This document shows, piece by piece, positions 10,401-21,439 of a stretch of DNA of 64,000 bases. The notes under the pieces were generated by a model that did not search any database, was not told the DNA's origin, and saw only the letters and a list, made by a program, of their open reading frames with translations. The DNA is from Mayamaea pseudoterrestris. Its lineage: Eukaryota. How positions within the stretch are numbered: the first letter of the stretch is position 1; every line of letters starts with the position of its first letter. The stretch is taken from NCBI GenBank assembly GCA_027923505.1, contig BROI01000024.1, forward strand, positions 372,001-436,000, given 5' to 3'. A program made the position numbers and the translations under genes.

Positions 10401-13300
10401 ATGCAGCAGTTCTTATCCAAACGCGCTGGCGCAGCTTCGGTGCCCGTCGACGATTTACGACCATGATTCGACAGAGCAAGGCAGCAACGATCATAAAGAA
10501 GGCCTGGGGCAGGTGTCAGAGTCGACGAGATATCTGTATCACGGCAGCTATTGACATCCAGCGTACATGGCGAGGATTCTGGGACCGTTTACAATGTCGA
10601 ATCGATGTGCAGGATATCATATGCGTACAAAGTTGCGCTCGTCGATTCTTTGCAGCGAAAGCATATCAGCGACGAGCGTCAGCTGCGATTTTAGTTACTA
10701 GATATATGAAAGACTTCTTGTTGTGTCAACACCACCAGAGGAAGAAGCTTCAACTGCTCGCAGCTGTGAATTGTCAAGCAGCAATACGTGCGTTTCTTGC
10801 TCAGCGACGCGTTAACCAAATCAGAGCTGAGCATTACGCCGCAATTAACATTCAAGCAATTTGTCGAAGACGTCTTGTTCAGACTCGTGTACATCAAATG
10901 CACCTCGCCTGCCGAATCATCCAAGCTCAAGCGAAAATGATAAAAGATTTAAAACATTATCGCCGTGTTCGACAAGGCGTATTGCATTTTCAAAGTGCGT
11001 GGCGAGGGTTGCAAGTTTTTAATACGTATCAAGAAATGATGGGTCAGGTCAGGAGATGTCAAGCGACTGCACGTCGCTTTTTAGCCCGTCTCGAACGTGA
11101 TCGTCGCATAGCACAGCGCGATGGAGCATGCATCACTCTCCAAGCACTCATCCGCGGATACTCAGCACGGAGAGGATTTGTGCGAGCTGTGGAAAGCATC
11201 ATAGTAATTCAAAAGTTATGGAAAATGTCTTTAACACGAAAGGGATATTCAAATTGGCGCTCGAGTCTCTTGATCTGCCAGAAAATGGCTCGCACTTGGC
11301 TAGCTTGCAGGGCTGCTGTCCATCGCAGTTTCGCAATTTTGAAGATTCAGTGTGGTTGTCGTGTCTTGCTCGCCAAGCGCGATTTTTCACGACGCTCACA
11401 ACAAAAGGAGACGGAGATCACTTCAGTAATAACTCTTCAGCGTGTTTGGAGAGGGTTGGTCGCTTACCAAGAGTATCGGATAACATTATCTTCCGCGATT
11501 ACTCTCCAAAGCATGTTACGAGCTGCGGAAGCTTGCCGACGCGTTAAAATACGCCGTCATGCGATTCGTGCACTTCAATGCTCGGTTCGATGTTTCCTGG
11601 CTCAAAGAATCTTAAATAACTTAAAGATCGCATATGCTTTAAAAGAGGAGCGACGTCGATCAAGTGCCCTCGATATTCAATCTCTTCATCGCGGGTACCT
11701 CGTTCGCAGGGAGCTGGCATGCCTTCGCAACTCAGCCACTCAAATCCAGCGAATCGTTCGCGGTTTTGTCGCGTATACAAATTATGGGATCGATCGGACG
11801 TATATAATTTGCATTCAAACCCTTGCCAGAATGGTTCTCGCCCAGCGGGAGGCGTCGCAACGGAGAGATAGTATATTGCAACTGCAATCGTATGCCAGGC
11901 GATTTATTGGAACTTTACGAGCGCTATCCTTGCGACGAGTGAAGGAAACGCAAGTACTAGAATGCGTGGCGGCAACGACTTTTCAGAGGTTGTTTCGTGG
12001 GCATCGGGCAAGAATGTTATACAAAGTTCATTCAGCCGCACGGAAGATACAAAAGACATGGCGCTGCTACACGGTTCATGTGGATTTTCTGCTCTCATTT
12101 CTTGCCACTATTGACATACAGACATGCGTTCGTCGCCATCTCGCTATTCTACAGAGCGAGAGGCGCTTAGCAGCAGTCTACACGCTGCAAGATTTTGTTG
12201 AAGAATCACTTGTTAAAATTAGAGCAGCCAAGACAGTCCAACGCTATGTCAGAGGTAACATTGTACGCAGCAACTTACGATCCCTTTCATCTTCGGCTTG
12301 CGAGATACAACGAGTCTGGAGAGGATACCTTGAGTTCTGTAAATTCACATGTGATCGTTGGGCTGCCGTCCGAATTCAGACAGTATTAAGAGTTGCTCTG
12401 GCTAAAAATTACCTTGACCAACTTTATCTGGAGCAAGATATTCAATTCATACGGCGTAAAAGCAGCGCCCTCGCCATTCAGCGCCGATTCCGCCTTTACA
12501 TATGGGAACGGCTGCAACGCTCGGCCGCAAGTACGATTCAAAGCTCAGTTCGACGCTTTCTGGCTCGCTGCAGAAGCAAACGACAGCGATATGGCTTGGT
12601 TCGTCTCCAAAGCTTTGCTCGAGCACATCATGTGCGTCGAAAACGGGATAAGGCGACAAGGATTTTGGCCAACAAAATTGCGAAAGCCAACAAAAATGCA
12701 ATAAAAAACCCTGGCATGCGACTCAATAATAGGTGCTCTGCAGCACTCAGTGTGCTTCAGACGAGTCATCGACTCGCCCAAGTGGCATCGGCCATCAAGA
12801 CGTTGGAGACGGCGACTAAATTATCCGAAGTATGTTGCCAATCCTTCACAGACGCTGGGGCGGCTCGCATAATTCTTAACCTCATTAGCACGTGCAACCG
12901 TAGCTTACCACATGTTGAGATTCTCCATTCAACAATGCAGGCGCTGACCAACGTTGCCAAGTACGAGTATTTGCTACCGTCCCTCGCCACACAACTTGCG
13001 GTCGAAACGTTTTTAAATTTGGTTCAAATGTTCCGAGACAAGGAGTCAATCTTTACTCTCACCACTGCGCTCCTCGAGCGTGTCGTCTTTTACCAAAAAA
13101 GTCTCTTGACTATCTGCAAGGCCAAGGACAATGTCAAACGCTTGCACGGAATTGTGGCGCTTTGTGAGCGCCGGACTGGATTGGACCACAATGCGAGCGC
13201 CCTTAATGGTCGCCGCGTCACTCGATTAAGCCTGGTGAACGATAGCTCCAAGGGCCTTCGATCTCTCAAGCGGATTATAGCTGCAGCTTCCATTGTCTAA
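7412..13300 (+). CDS. ASPM: Abnormal spindle-like protein (ASPM/Asp): disordered N-terminus, CH domains, long IQ-motif array, ARM-like C-terminus
   Basis: FTNWLN; VSNLATDLRDGVKLARMTE; PAVSRLQKLHN; HHIVDSHREIVLKLLW; SDFADGKALCLLIHYYQP; many IQxxxRG repeats; CNRSLPH; single 1962-codon ORF. Confidence 0.92.
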   Translation: MSSSAPVPPKRAPLGTRSNKAPGNLQGFEYSNKHRTSKLQPLATHHNDSENTLNRKSTISNSEKSKRVSFGLSNNEEKVRGFAEATTSTQTSAATKSTTPLQVARQPLGLRGIRQSLRETISPLPLKARKQTPARPSVGMTSLVDMTPRSLLRSELDETDELFEESLLLSPAILSKKSLAIRNVAQDVTHPLGRAADRCAEAVAKMDETSLPSAQKMERLQSDTLLQTARVHKKADEAKVIALHSKPEFAASAVAAYRAPRTTFSPLTGTNAVCMDLSGMFRDVASTTKPTPLSKFTMSLQNRLATAQKPKQSIAAPNTHTVSIKKSIPLRPKGPRLPPSESIAISDNSQEWSIKQCETFTNWLNFTIQPPDEDEELIASVDEKNRSALRCLLMHQQLAQARQRASILYKSKIMDLVRKAIGNEIAKGKMTLRKDKDLNADLTLRKQIINQLLSYSTPFLRVCLETMFGTLIDPQALIEASAIREKLGVKGTIKKGSTMSRMKVALKQFLVTKVLSDDKTLAKYTKHHCKVPSGRFGIEYQAEMQALILNRLIILFVFLDKCKEANIIDKAPKLFEDTAPVKSSRDVLLMFSREYLSAEGDFVKHLSRIGVKVSYVQNPIDELEFAVSNLATDLRDGVKLARMTEVLRKIPRTTILGSLRLPAVSRLQKLHNLGLVLHNLRAFGIPIPVDIAPHHIVDSHREIVLKLLWSVVAHCCMNDLVDFDRMRNEVTRIERLNTFRKISNSLQNVSSNPGDTLNDEQTLKSLLKRWSKAICIRFHVSVQNLSSDFADGKALCLLIHYYQPTILRQNEIKDTTRDLPSACRFLDDVVEKARANERYNISLANSRLAELGGIPKMIPACDTSAIPDEKSMLLCLAYMFSRLFEANGEVRAAVMIQRNYRRCRRIIEMQLKEAAARLIYSTWCKRKNDFYANTRLKYAHAVRVIERFVTKNGDGILRMKRNRVVGEQYCRSATILQAYIRRILAQDRYFSMLQFHHAAVLIQTRWRSFGARRRFTTMIRQSKAATIIKKAWGRCQSRRDICITAAIDIQRTWRGFWDRLQCRIDVQDIICVQSCARRFFAAKAYQRRASAAILVTRYMKDFLLCQHHQRKKLQLLAAVNCQAAIRAFLAQRRVNQIRAEHYAAINIQAICRRRLVQTRVHQMHLACRIIQAQAKMIKDLKHYRRVRQGVLHFQSAWRGLQVFNTYQEMMGQVRRCQATARRFLARLERDRRIAQRDGACITLQALIRGYSARRGFVRAVESIIVIQKLWKMSLTRKGYSNWRSSLLICQKMARTWLACRAAVHRSFAILKIQCGCRVLLAKRDFSRRSQQKETEITSVITLQRVWRGLVAYQEYRITLSSAITLQSMLRAAEACRRVKIRRHAIRALQCSVRCFLAQRILNNLKIAYALKEERRRSSALDIQSLHRGYLVRRELACLRNSATQIQRIVRGFVAYTNYGIDRTYIICIQTLARMVLAQREASQRRDSILQLQSYARRFIGTLRALSLRRVKETQVLECVAATTFQRLFRGHRARMLYKVHSAARKIQKTWRCYTVHVDFLLSFLATIDIQTCVRRHLAILQSERRLAAVYTLQDFVEESLVKIRAAKTVQRYVRGNIVRSNLRSLSSSACEIQRVWRGYLEFCKFTCDRWAAVRIQTVLRVALAKNYLDQLYLEQDIQFIRRKSSALAIQRRFRLYIWERLQRSAASTIQSSVRRFLARCRSKRQRYGLVRLQSFARAHHVRRKRDKATRILANKIAKANKNAIKNPGMRLNNRCSAALSVLQTSHRLAQVASAIKTLETATKLSEVCCQSFTDAGAARIILNLISTCNRSLPHVEILHSTMQALTNVAKYEYLLPSLATQLAVETFLNLVQMFRDKESIFTLTTALLERVVFYQKSLLTICKAKDNVKRLHGIVALCERRTGLDHNASALNGRRVTRLSLVNDSSKGLRSLKRIIAAASIV

Positions 13301-13689
13301 TGTGCTGAAGCACATTTTTGATTGTTCCAGCGAGCACCGCACCTTGTCGCGTACTCGTACCTTTTAAAAATCAAATGTAACTTACGTGTCTATACTCTAC
13401 TCCATCTCTGGATCTCTCTTTGACGAAGCGCATACCATTTATTAGTGCAAGAGTGTCATGACGACGAGCAAGCAGTTCAAAACCTCCTTTCAGCTACCCA
13501 TGCATGGAGTGATGGATCGGCGACGCATGTCCGCCTTGCGCGCCCCCAAGCGCGCGGTCGATTGTCGCAACGTCGGATCTCATTTTCAAATCTCACAATG
13601 CTCGACCACAAAGCCATCCATTGCGCTTCTCCTCGTGATTACCTTCAATTACTGCTACAGCAATATAGCCTTCGCTTGCTATAGACATC

Positions 13690-14614
13690 ATGCCCCGCTA
13701 CTACGATATTGACGCAATACTTGCCGAGGAAGAGCTCATTCCATGCACAACGCTCTTTGACTTTTCCTACCTTTCGCACCTTGACCCCGACGTGGCACCC
13801 CAGCGAATGCACCAGCTACCGGAAGGCTCTCGCATCAAAATGCCGCTCTGGGGCGTTCAAAAGTGGGCCATGATGGGTTTCGTCCGACTCTCGCTGCCGC
13901 GGCACTTTCAGCGCAAGTCGCGCGAGCGAATTGAGGCCGAGCCGGCGGAAGTTGATTTGCGGTGAGTGATGATAATGTCATGATCATCCATTCTCGCTAG
14001 GTTCATGAACGTTACTAATTCATACATTTTCTCTTTGTCTATCAGAAAACGCAATGAACGATTCTTTTTGTCTGGAATTTCGCTGGTGAATTTAATTGAG
14101 GCAAGCTCCAAGCAAGTCGCCAAGGCGATTGCCAACAGCGGACGAAATCCCCGACGAAACAAACATTCGGCAGCCTTTGAAGCAGTAAAACTGGAAGCCG
14201 ATGAATTGCGAAAGACGTTGCTACTGGTACGTTTGCTTCTGCTTCTGCTAGCTCATGTATGCTGTCGGAAAAAAGTGATTTAACGTCCACTCGTCATTTA
14301 AGCGCCCAGTCATTCAACTCACCGTTAACCTTTCATATTGATCTATCCAGGCATACACGGGAGATCGACTAGGACATACGCTTGATTGGGCGCTGAGTAG
14401 TGTTGGAGACGATGTGACGCAATACACTTGCAAATTGACGGAGATGGAGCGTCGCTTGTTCGCCAGCGGCGCCAAGGCAATCTCCAACCTGACTCGATGG
14501 AAGCTACACGGCAATAAGCGCTGCGTGATTCGCAAGATTGCTCCATTCACAAAGGAGGAGCGAGAAATGATGGACGAGGATCGCGAAAATAAGCGGCAGC
14601 GGATTAATCAATAA
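13690..14614 (+). CDS. PSF3: GINS complex subunit 3; exons 13690-13961, 14046-14226, 14351-14614
   Basis: YYDIDAILAEEELIPC...LPEGSRIKMPLW, VDLR, KLTEMERRLF; two GT-AG introns join in frame. Confidence 0.88.
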
Positions 14615-14779
14615 TATAATGGCTTTTATATCATACATAATCACTACTTGGGTTTTGTGTGGAAGCCGCGCATCGTACCATTATCAAGCCGCCAAACTCC
14701 ACGACGCTCTCCAATTTCTCTCCATGAGCTCCAGTTTGAAACTCATTCTCCCTCTGGCAATATATATATAGCGTTTTCA

Positions 14780-15582
14780 TTATTTGCTCGCCTGCTGCGC
14801 CGAACCAGCAGCTCCTTCATTTGCCACCCAGCCTTCTCCACGTCCTTCTGCCGCCTCGTCCGCGGCAAACTCTTCCTGGCTAATGTTGAACATTTGGCGT
14901 AGTTCCTCGGCGCTGTACATAGTTGTAATGATAGTTGCAATGTGAGAAGGGATAATTACATCAATCAAGCGAAGCCATGCGTGTACAGATTCGTTTAAAA
15001 CTCAGTTTTCAAGCAAACACAAGCATATACTGTACTTTACATACCTCTTTCCCTTGATTAAAATACTCGTCGCAAGACACGTCAAATCCAAAAGCGGCTT
15101 GATGTCCATAAAGTTGGCCGCCGCCACCATGTCAAACAGTAAATTGCGCTCCACATCGCAAAAATCAGCGTACCACGGCTGCACCAGGTCCGCCAACGCA
15201 TTGGAGCGCAGCGGCGTCGAAATGGTCGTCATGACTTCCTCCTTGTAGTGCTTCATGTAGTCGACCACCTTTGCCAATACCTCGGCGGAAACGTTTGGCA
15301 CTGGAATCTTGATGCTTTTGGCAAGGTCCTCCTCGTCATCATCGTCACGCTCGACGGAGGCTTCGACGAAGGCTGAAAGACTCGCCGTCGACAAGGGGAG
15401 TTCATAGAGAGGCTCCTTCTCGCGAGGTTCCTACATGCGAAGAGGATTTTTTAAATTCGTAAGTTTCATTCGCAATAGAAGAAGCTTGGTTGCTGACACC
15501 CTCTCGCTCCTGCTACCATCCATCTTGACTGACACAACCGGCAACATGAACGTACCAAGATTATGATGGTTTCGTCAGTCAT
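14780..15582 (-). CDS. SKP1: Skp1-family protein, three exons (about 15582-15556, 15430-15045, 14912-14780)
   Basis: IPVPNVSAEVLAKVVDYMKHY...WYADFC...LFDMVAAANFMDIKPLLDLTC...IKGKSAEELRQMFNI. Confidence 0.88.
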
Positions 15583-15915
15583 GCTAATGAATCAATGAAG
15601 GTATAAAGAGTAGTTCACACGAACGGGCAAGAGGTAAGAGACTCGCGGAAAAGAAAACGAAACGGATTGTGGAGGGAGGACGCGAAGCACGCGATGCTCC
15701 GCGCGGTGCCGGAAACCCTGGCCTTAACTGAGAAGGAACGGTGGAAATGGAATGACCGCAAGTAGTCGTAGCGGTACACAACCTGAAACGTGACGGCGCG
15801 CCATGGAGATTGGCATCGTCATCGGCCATTTCCAAGTACAACAGGGATCGTTCGTCAAACAGCTCTTGATCATCTCTCATTCATACAGTTACACCAATAC
15901 ATTACAGAATCAAAA

Positions 15916-18031
15916 ATGCCAGAATCACGCCAGTGGTCTACCATAGTTCCACATACATCTCGCTCGGACCGCGGAAACATTCGCCGCGCCTGGGATCCAC
16001 TCGTCCACCCCGAGCTTGGCTTGCACGGCTGTCACACGCTCTACGAAGGCTTTCGGCGCGGCGCCAAGCTGCATCCGCTGGGGCCGTGCATGGGCTTTCG
16101 AGCGATCAGTACGAGTGGCTTTGCGACGCCCTATATCTACAGTAGTTACACGGAGTGTTTGGCGCGAGTCAACGCGATTGCGGCTGGTTTGGATGTTTTG
16201 AATCTAGTGCAAGCGAATGAGGACGATGGACTCAAGATTCTTGGCATTTACATGAAGAATTGCATGGAGTGGGTACTTTCGGAGCATGCTGCCTACACTA
16301 TTGGAGGTTGCACGGCTCCATTTTATGATACGCTGGGGCCCGAGACGGTGCAGTTCATCTTGACGCAAACTGGATTAACGTCGGTAATTTCAACACGAGC
16401 CGAATTGGCGAGTCTTTGCGCGGCGAAACAAACTGGTCTTTGTCCAAACTTCGAGTACATTATTCTGGTTGATGGAGTCACTCCTCAGGCAGAAGCCATG
16501 ACAAAGCAAGACGGCCTGCAAGTCATTTCCTTGGCCAAGGTGGAAGCGACTGGCGCTGCCCGCATTGCAGCATCGGGACACAAGCATTCTCCACCCAAGA
16601 GCGACGACGTTGCTACCTTTTGCTACACGAGCGGAACGACTGGAGACCCAAAGGGAGCGTTAATGACGCACCGAAACTTTGTCAGCACGGCTGCGGGGAT
16701 GCATCGCGTCATTTCAGATTCAGAGCCGCACATGTTTGATCGTCACTTGAGCTACTTGCCATTGGCGCATATTTTTGAGCGAGTCGTTTCGGCGCAACTG
16801 CTCATGGCGGGAGGATCGATTGCATTCTATCGGGGCGATCCAACGTTGCTCATTGAGGATTTGCAGGCGTGTCGGCCGACCATGCTGCCAGTGGCGCCTC
16901 GTGTATTGAACAAGATCTTTGATAAGGTACGTTTAATAATAGTGGACAGGATATAAAGTAAACAGAACATGACAACTCATTCAATAATCTCTCTCGTCGC
17001 AGATACACGCCGGTATTGCTAGCACCGGCGGTATGAAGAAGAAGATATTCGATGCTGCCCTGGCAGCCAAGACGGAAGGCCTCAAGCATGGTCGCTTGGC
17101 GCATCCCCTCTACGATCGTCTTCTTTTCAACAAGATCAAAAAGGGTCTTGGCATGGACTACGTTCGATTCATGGTGAGTGGATCTGCTCCGCTGAGCGAA
17201 AATGTCATGACCTTTTATCGTTGCCTACTGGGCGTCGGCGTTGTTGAAGGGTATGGGCAAACCGAGGGCACGGCTGGAGGAACGATCAGTCACCCCGATG
17301 ATATCACTACCGTTGGACATGTTGGAGGTCCTACTGGCGCGTGTGAGATTTGCCTCTTTGACGTGCCGGAAATGGGCTACTTACACACGGATCGCGACCA
17401 TCACGGCGCTCCATGCGAAGGCAGAGGAGAGATTTGCCTTCGCGGTCCAAACGTCTTTAAAGGCTACTACAAGGACGAGGAAAAATCGCGAGAGGCGATT
17501 GACGAGGAAGGATGGTTGCACAGCGGTGACATTGGCCTTTGGCGACCGAATGGAACCCTACAGATCATTGATCGTAAGAAGAATATATTCAAATTATCTC
17601 AAGGTGAATATGTTGCGCCAGAGAAGATTGAGAACATTCTAAATCTATGCCCATTGATTGCACAATCGTTTGTTTATGGCGACTCGAAGGAAAGCTTTCT
17701 GGTAGCGATTGTAGTCCCTGACGAAGAAAGTGTTCGACACTGGGCGAAGGAGCATGAACCGAGCCTTGTTTCAGCATCCGCAGCTGAGATGTGCCAGAGC
17801 CGCACCTTGAACGATGCCATCTTGAAGCTGATCCAGTCTAAATCAAAGGACCATAAGTTGCCCGGCTTTGAAATTGTTCGAGCTGTCTATCTTGAGCCAT
17901 CGCCGTTCACTGTTGAGCAGGATCTCATGACTCCCACATTCAAGCTTAAGCGGAATAAGATACGAGATCTTTACGAAAAGCAAATACGGGAGTTGTACAA
18001 AAAGGGGACTACTTTGCAGAGCAAACTATAA
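15916..18031 (+). CDS. Long-chain acyl-CoA synthetase with peroxisomal PTS1; intron 16927-17002
   Basis: YTSGTTGDPKG AMP-binding motif, SYLPLAHIFER, EGYGQTE, GWLHSGDIG, IIDRKKNIFKLSQGEYVAPEKIE; C-terminal SKL. Confidence 0.95.
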
Positions 18032-18286
18032 TGTTATAGCAATTGATTCCTTTGTAAGCGTATGCCTTTTTGGTTCCGCACCAGCCTTGCACAATTATGG
18101 TTCTCTACCGGCTTCGCACTTTTGCGGTGACATTTCTCATCAGCGAGACATGCACATCATGACTATGACGACCTTTATATTATACCAACAAAGAAACGAT
18201 TTTAAAGCAAAACATCGAACAAAATTATTAGCTTGTCAACATTTAAAGACTAATGGCGCATGATGCAGACATGTCCTCCAAAATCA

Positions 18287-19216
18287 TTACATCTCCTCCG
18301 AAATCTCCAAAGCAACCGTTGACGAAACGCTGATTGACAAGTCTCCATCGATCTTCGACGATTGGTATAGCACGTAGGGCTCCAAAAACTTTCGTTCCTG
18401 GCGTTTCCGATAGCCCAATGTGGCAACGTGTTTCGTCGCTCGCAGCAGACGCTCCGCCAACTCATGGAGCCTGTCCAAATTTTGAACCTCCTTGGATCGC
18501 TGACGATTCCGGCGAGTAATATTCACCGGTTTGGTAAGGTCAACAATTTCGTTGCGTCCATAGCCTGCTCGCCGTAGAATTTGCTGTCGCATTGACGAAG
18601 GCATCACCATTTCAGCGTACAAGCGCCGCGGCGGGCGCGTCGACTCGTACTCCTCCACAGGTAGTTCCATTGTTTGCTGCTCGTTCCAATCTATCGACAA
18701 GGGAGGTCCAGTAAAGCAACCGGGATTGTCGCCAAGCACCATGGGAAACTCGTGAATCGTCACCAGATTAAATTTCACCGACGCTGGTTCTGTTGAGAGG
18801 GCTTTGCACTTATACCGACGATCTCGTCTCTCCCGATATTCCTCCATTGACTGCGCATATGCAGCAGGACTCTGCCACTCCCGGTTGCATCGAACAATCA
18901 TAATGCCTCGTCTCCTACTGCTTCGTTGCTCGGCCAGTTCATGGAAATAGGCTGCTGCATCGTCATTGTGTAATTCTTCCTTTTCAATAGCAATAATTTC
19001 GTTCGTCATACTCCTCAATGCTTCTTTCTTGTCAAGGGACGGAAAGCATTCTGACGATTCAATACTGCAAGGTGTAAATTCTTCAATTGCTTTTGGTGAC
19101 GGCGCCGACTCTATCATTTCGTCGATTACTGCATGCTCGCTGTGCGACTTCAAGCTCTCCATCAAACGAGGCTGCTCCGGAAGCAAAACATTGCTTTCGT
19201 CAAGCTGAATTGACAT
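18287..19216 (-). CDS. Hypothetical protein of the diatom 'LGDNP...GPP' family
   Basis: SVKFNLVTIHEFPMVLGDNPGCFTGPPLSIDW...VEEYESTRPPRR motif; 309-codon ORF. Confidence 0.75.
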   Translation of the reverse strand: MSIQLDESNVLLPEQPRLMESLKSHSEHAVIDEMIESAPSPKAIEEFTPCSIESSECFPSLDKKEALRSMTNEIIAIEKEELHNDDAAAYFHELAEQRSSRRRGIMIVRCNREWQSPAAYAQSMEEYRERRDRRYKCKALSTEPASVKFNLVTIHEFPMVLGDNPGCFTGPPLSIDWNEQQTMELPVEEYESTRPPRRLYAEMVMPSSMRQQILRRAGYGRNEIVDLTKPVNITRRNRQRSKEVQNLDRLHELAERLLRATKHVATLGYRKRQERKFLEPYVLYQSSKIDGDLSISVSSTVALEISEEM

Positions 19217-19814
19217 TTAAAGTGACTTGTTACCAAATTCTTGTCAAGGGTGAGTTGTTAAAGCAGAGCCGATTAGACTGCAGCAGCTACTCTTTACTCT
19301 TTACGATATTGTTTGGATTGATAGTGAATGTGCGTGGTTATTCTTTCCTCCTTTTCACTTCGCCCCAATTGCTGTATACAAATTGCTATGGTAATCAAGA
19401 AGACGAAGAAGTTCTAATGGGACTGTATGTTCTATAACGCTGACTGCTTGCTGTTCGCCGTCGCATGAAAGTGATGATGCGTCGAAGTTCGGCAGCAAAG
19501 CAAGCATAATCGCAGTGGCACTCGAGTAACTTGCCAGCTGTTTTATCGAGTTCAAAGACGCTAGCTAAAGCAAGGAGAGTATTGTTTGCCGCTTCTTGCA
19601 ATATTAAGTCGTGGACCTTTTACTAAACATCATGTCTCCGTATTATTTGGCTGCCAGCGTTGGGCCGGCAATTTCCAACACGCCTGCTTGCAAAGAGACC
19701 ATCGACGGCTCACAAGGCTGTGAGTGACTGGATTTCGAATTACGTCGGAAGAAGACGCTCATTTTAACAAAACCTTTTCGAATCTTGCCAGGCAATCTCG
19801 CCACAAATTTCTCT

Positions 19815-21161
19815 TCACTCGACAGAGCCCTCGTCGCTCGAGTGAGCTCCCTTGTGCCGATCCGCAAGGCTTCGCCAAATCACAGTGAACACAACGCTTT
19901 GGATAGCATTTGCCATTACTCGCGTTCCCAGTCCTCGACCAAAAAGTCCCTTCCAACCATCGGCGGCAAGCACCATGCGGATTGCCTCGCTGTAGCTGAC
20001 GGAGTGTTTTGCCCCAAGCGATTGCTTGGTTGTCTTAATGACGCGAACAGAATTGATAACGGTGTCACTCACAACGCTTGCCAAGAATCCAATCCCTGCG
20101 GATCGAAGCAAGTTCCATTGAATGACTTTGGCAAGCCAAGCATTTGACTCGAGCATGTTATATGTCCAAAACTGCGAGGAAATGGCAGCTTAAGTTGTTA
20201 ACTCAAATTTGCAGAACACGTCGACATATGAGGCAACTTACCCATGGAAAATGCCCCATGACGGAGGATATATATGTAGCAAATGTTCCTTGATAGAGAA
20301 GACCAAATCTGCCAGCTTTGATCCGACGCATAAGATTGCGAAAGCCTTCAACCGAATCCACCTGTAGGACCGTCTTCATCGTGTCAATCGCTGGACAACG
20401 AATCAAGATAGCATCATGAGAATACCCCAACGGAATTGCAATAATGTGCTTCACACTCCATACTTACGCATAAGCACCATTCTCCAAAAGCCAACGACCA
20501 AACTAGCAATGGCAACCTTACGTGCCGTACTCCAAGACTTTGTCGCTTCAAGCCGCCCCAGCAGTAGATTGACTCCATCGTTCGCCGCCGTGCTGACAAA
20601 CCGCGACAGTGGAGCCTGCACCAAGGCAAACACCAATCCCCGATATAGTCGTGCTATACCTCCATCACGTAACAGTGTATGTAGCGCTTGCGAAAAATTG
20701 GTTCCATAACGAAGCTGATAGGTCATGATGGTGCGAAGCCACATGAGTGTGAACACTTGTATTATGCCGGCGAACGCGCCATAGACACCTCCACCAAGCC
20801 CCTTGCGAAAGGCTGTCATGACAAGTTGGGTCGACTTGAATTGAGCGGCATCAGTTGCCTGACGTTCCTGCAGAGTTGCTTGTGGCAGAGCGCCGCCTCG
20901 GATGCGCATATCCCTCCGCGTCTTGCCTCGTCGAATGAATGGAGAGCCGTTCCTACTATCCTCTTCTTCAGATACGTCTTGAGCATAGGCAAACATGCTC
21001 CAGCCCCTATAATATCCCCGACAAGCTATGTCGGAGCAGCTATCCGACGACGTCGCCAACCATTCATGATAGAATAGAATCCAGACGACGAAAAACGACC
21101 ATCGGCAGCTCCGTAGAACGAAAGAAGGACTACTGCATCTTGCTCTTTTGTGTTTCGTCAT
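19815..21161 (-). CDS. Mitochondrial-carrier-family (SLC25-like) protein with long N-terminal extension; exons 21161-20468, 20390-20242, 20171-19815
   Basis: DGGIARLYRGL, PIDTMKTVLQ (PxDxxK formed across a splice junction), DGWKGLFGRGL; two GT-AG introns. Confidence 0.85.
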
Positions 21162-21439
21162 TGATAATGATCACTTGCGCTATCAATTGTTGCAGTGTGG
21201 TCACGCGAATGAGCGTTTGGTGCAAATCATCATTCGAAATGGCGCGCGCTTTGCAGTGCTGTTGCGACAAGCATTTCAATCATGCTTTCCATTAGAATGC
21301 CAATCGCCAAAACAATCTCAACGCACGAAACGCGAGAAACTGCATCGCTTCTTTGAGAGCAAGCACCAAAAGGCGCATTGTTTTCTCGACGGCAAGAAAC
21401 GTTTCTACATTGGTTCTAGACCAAGGTCTGCTTATCGAG

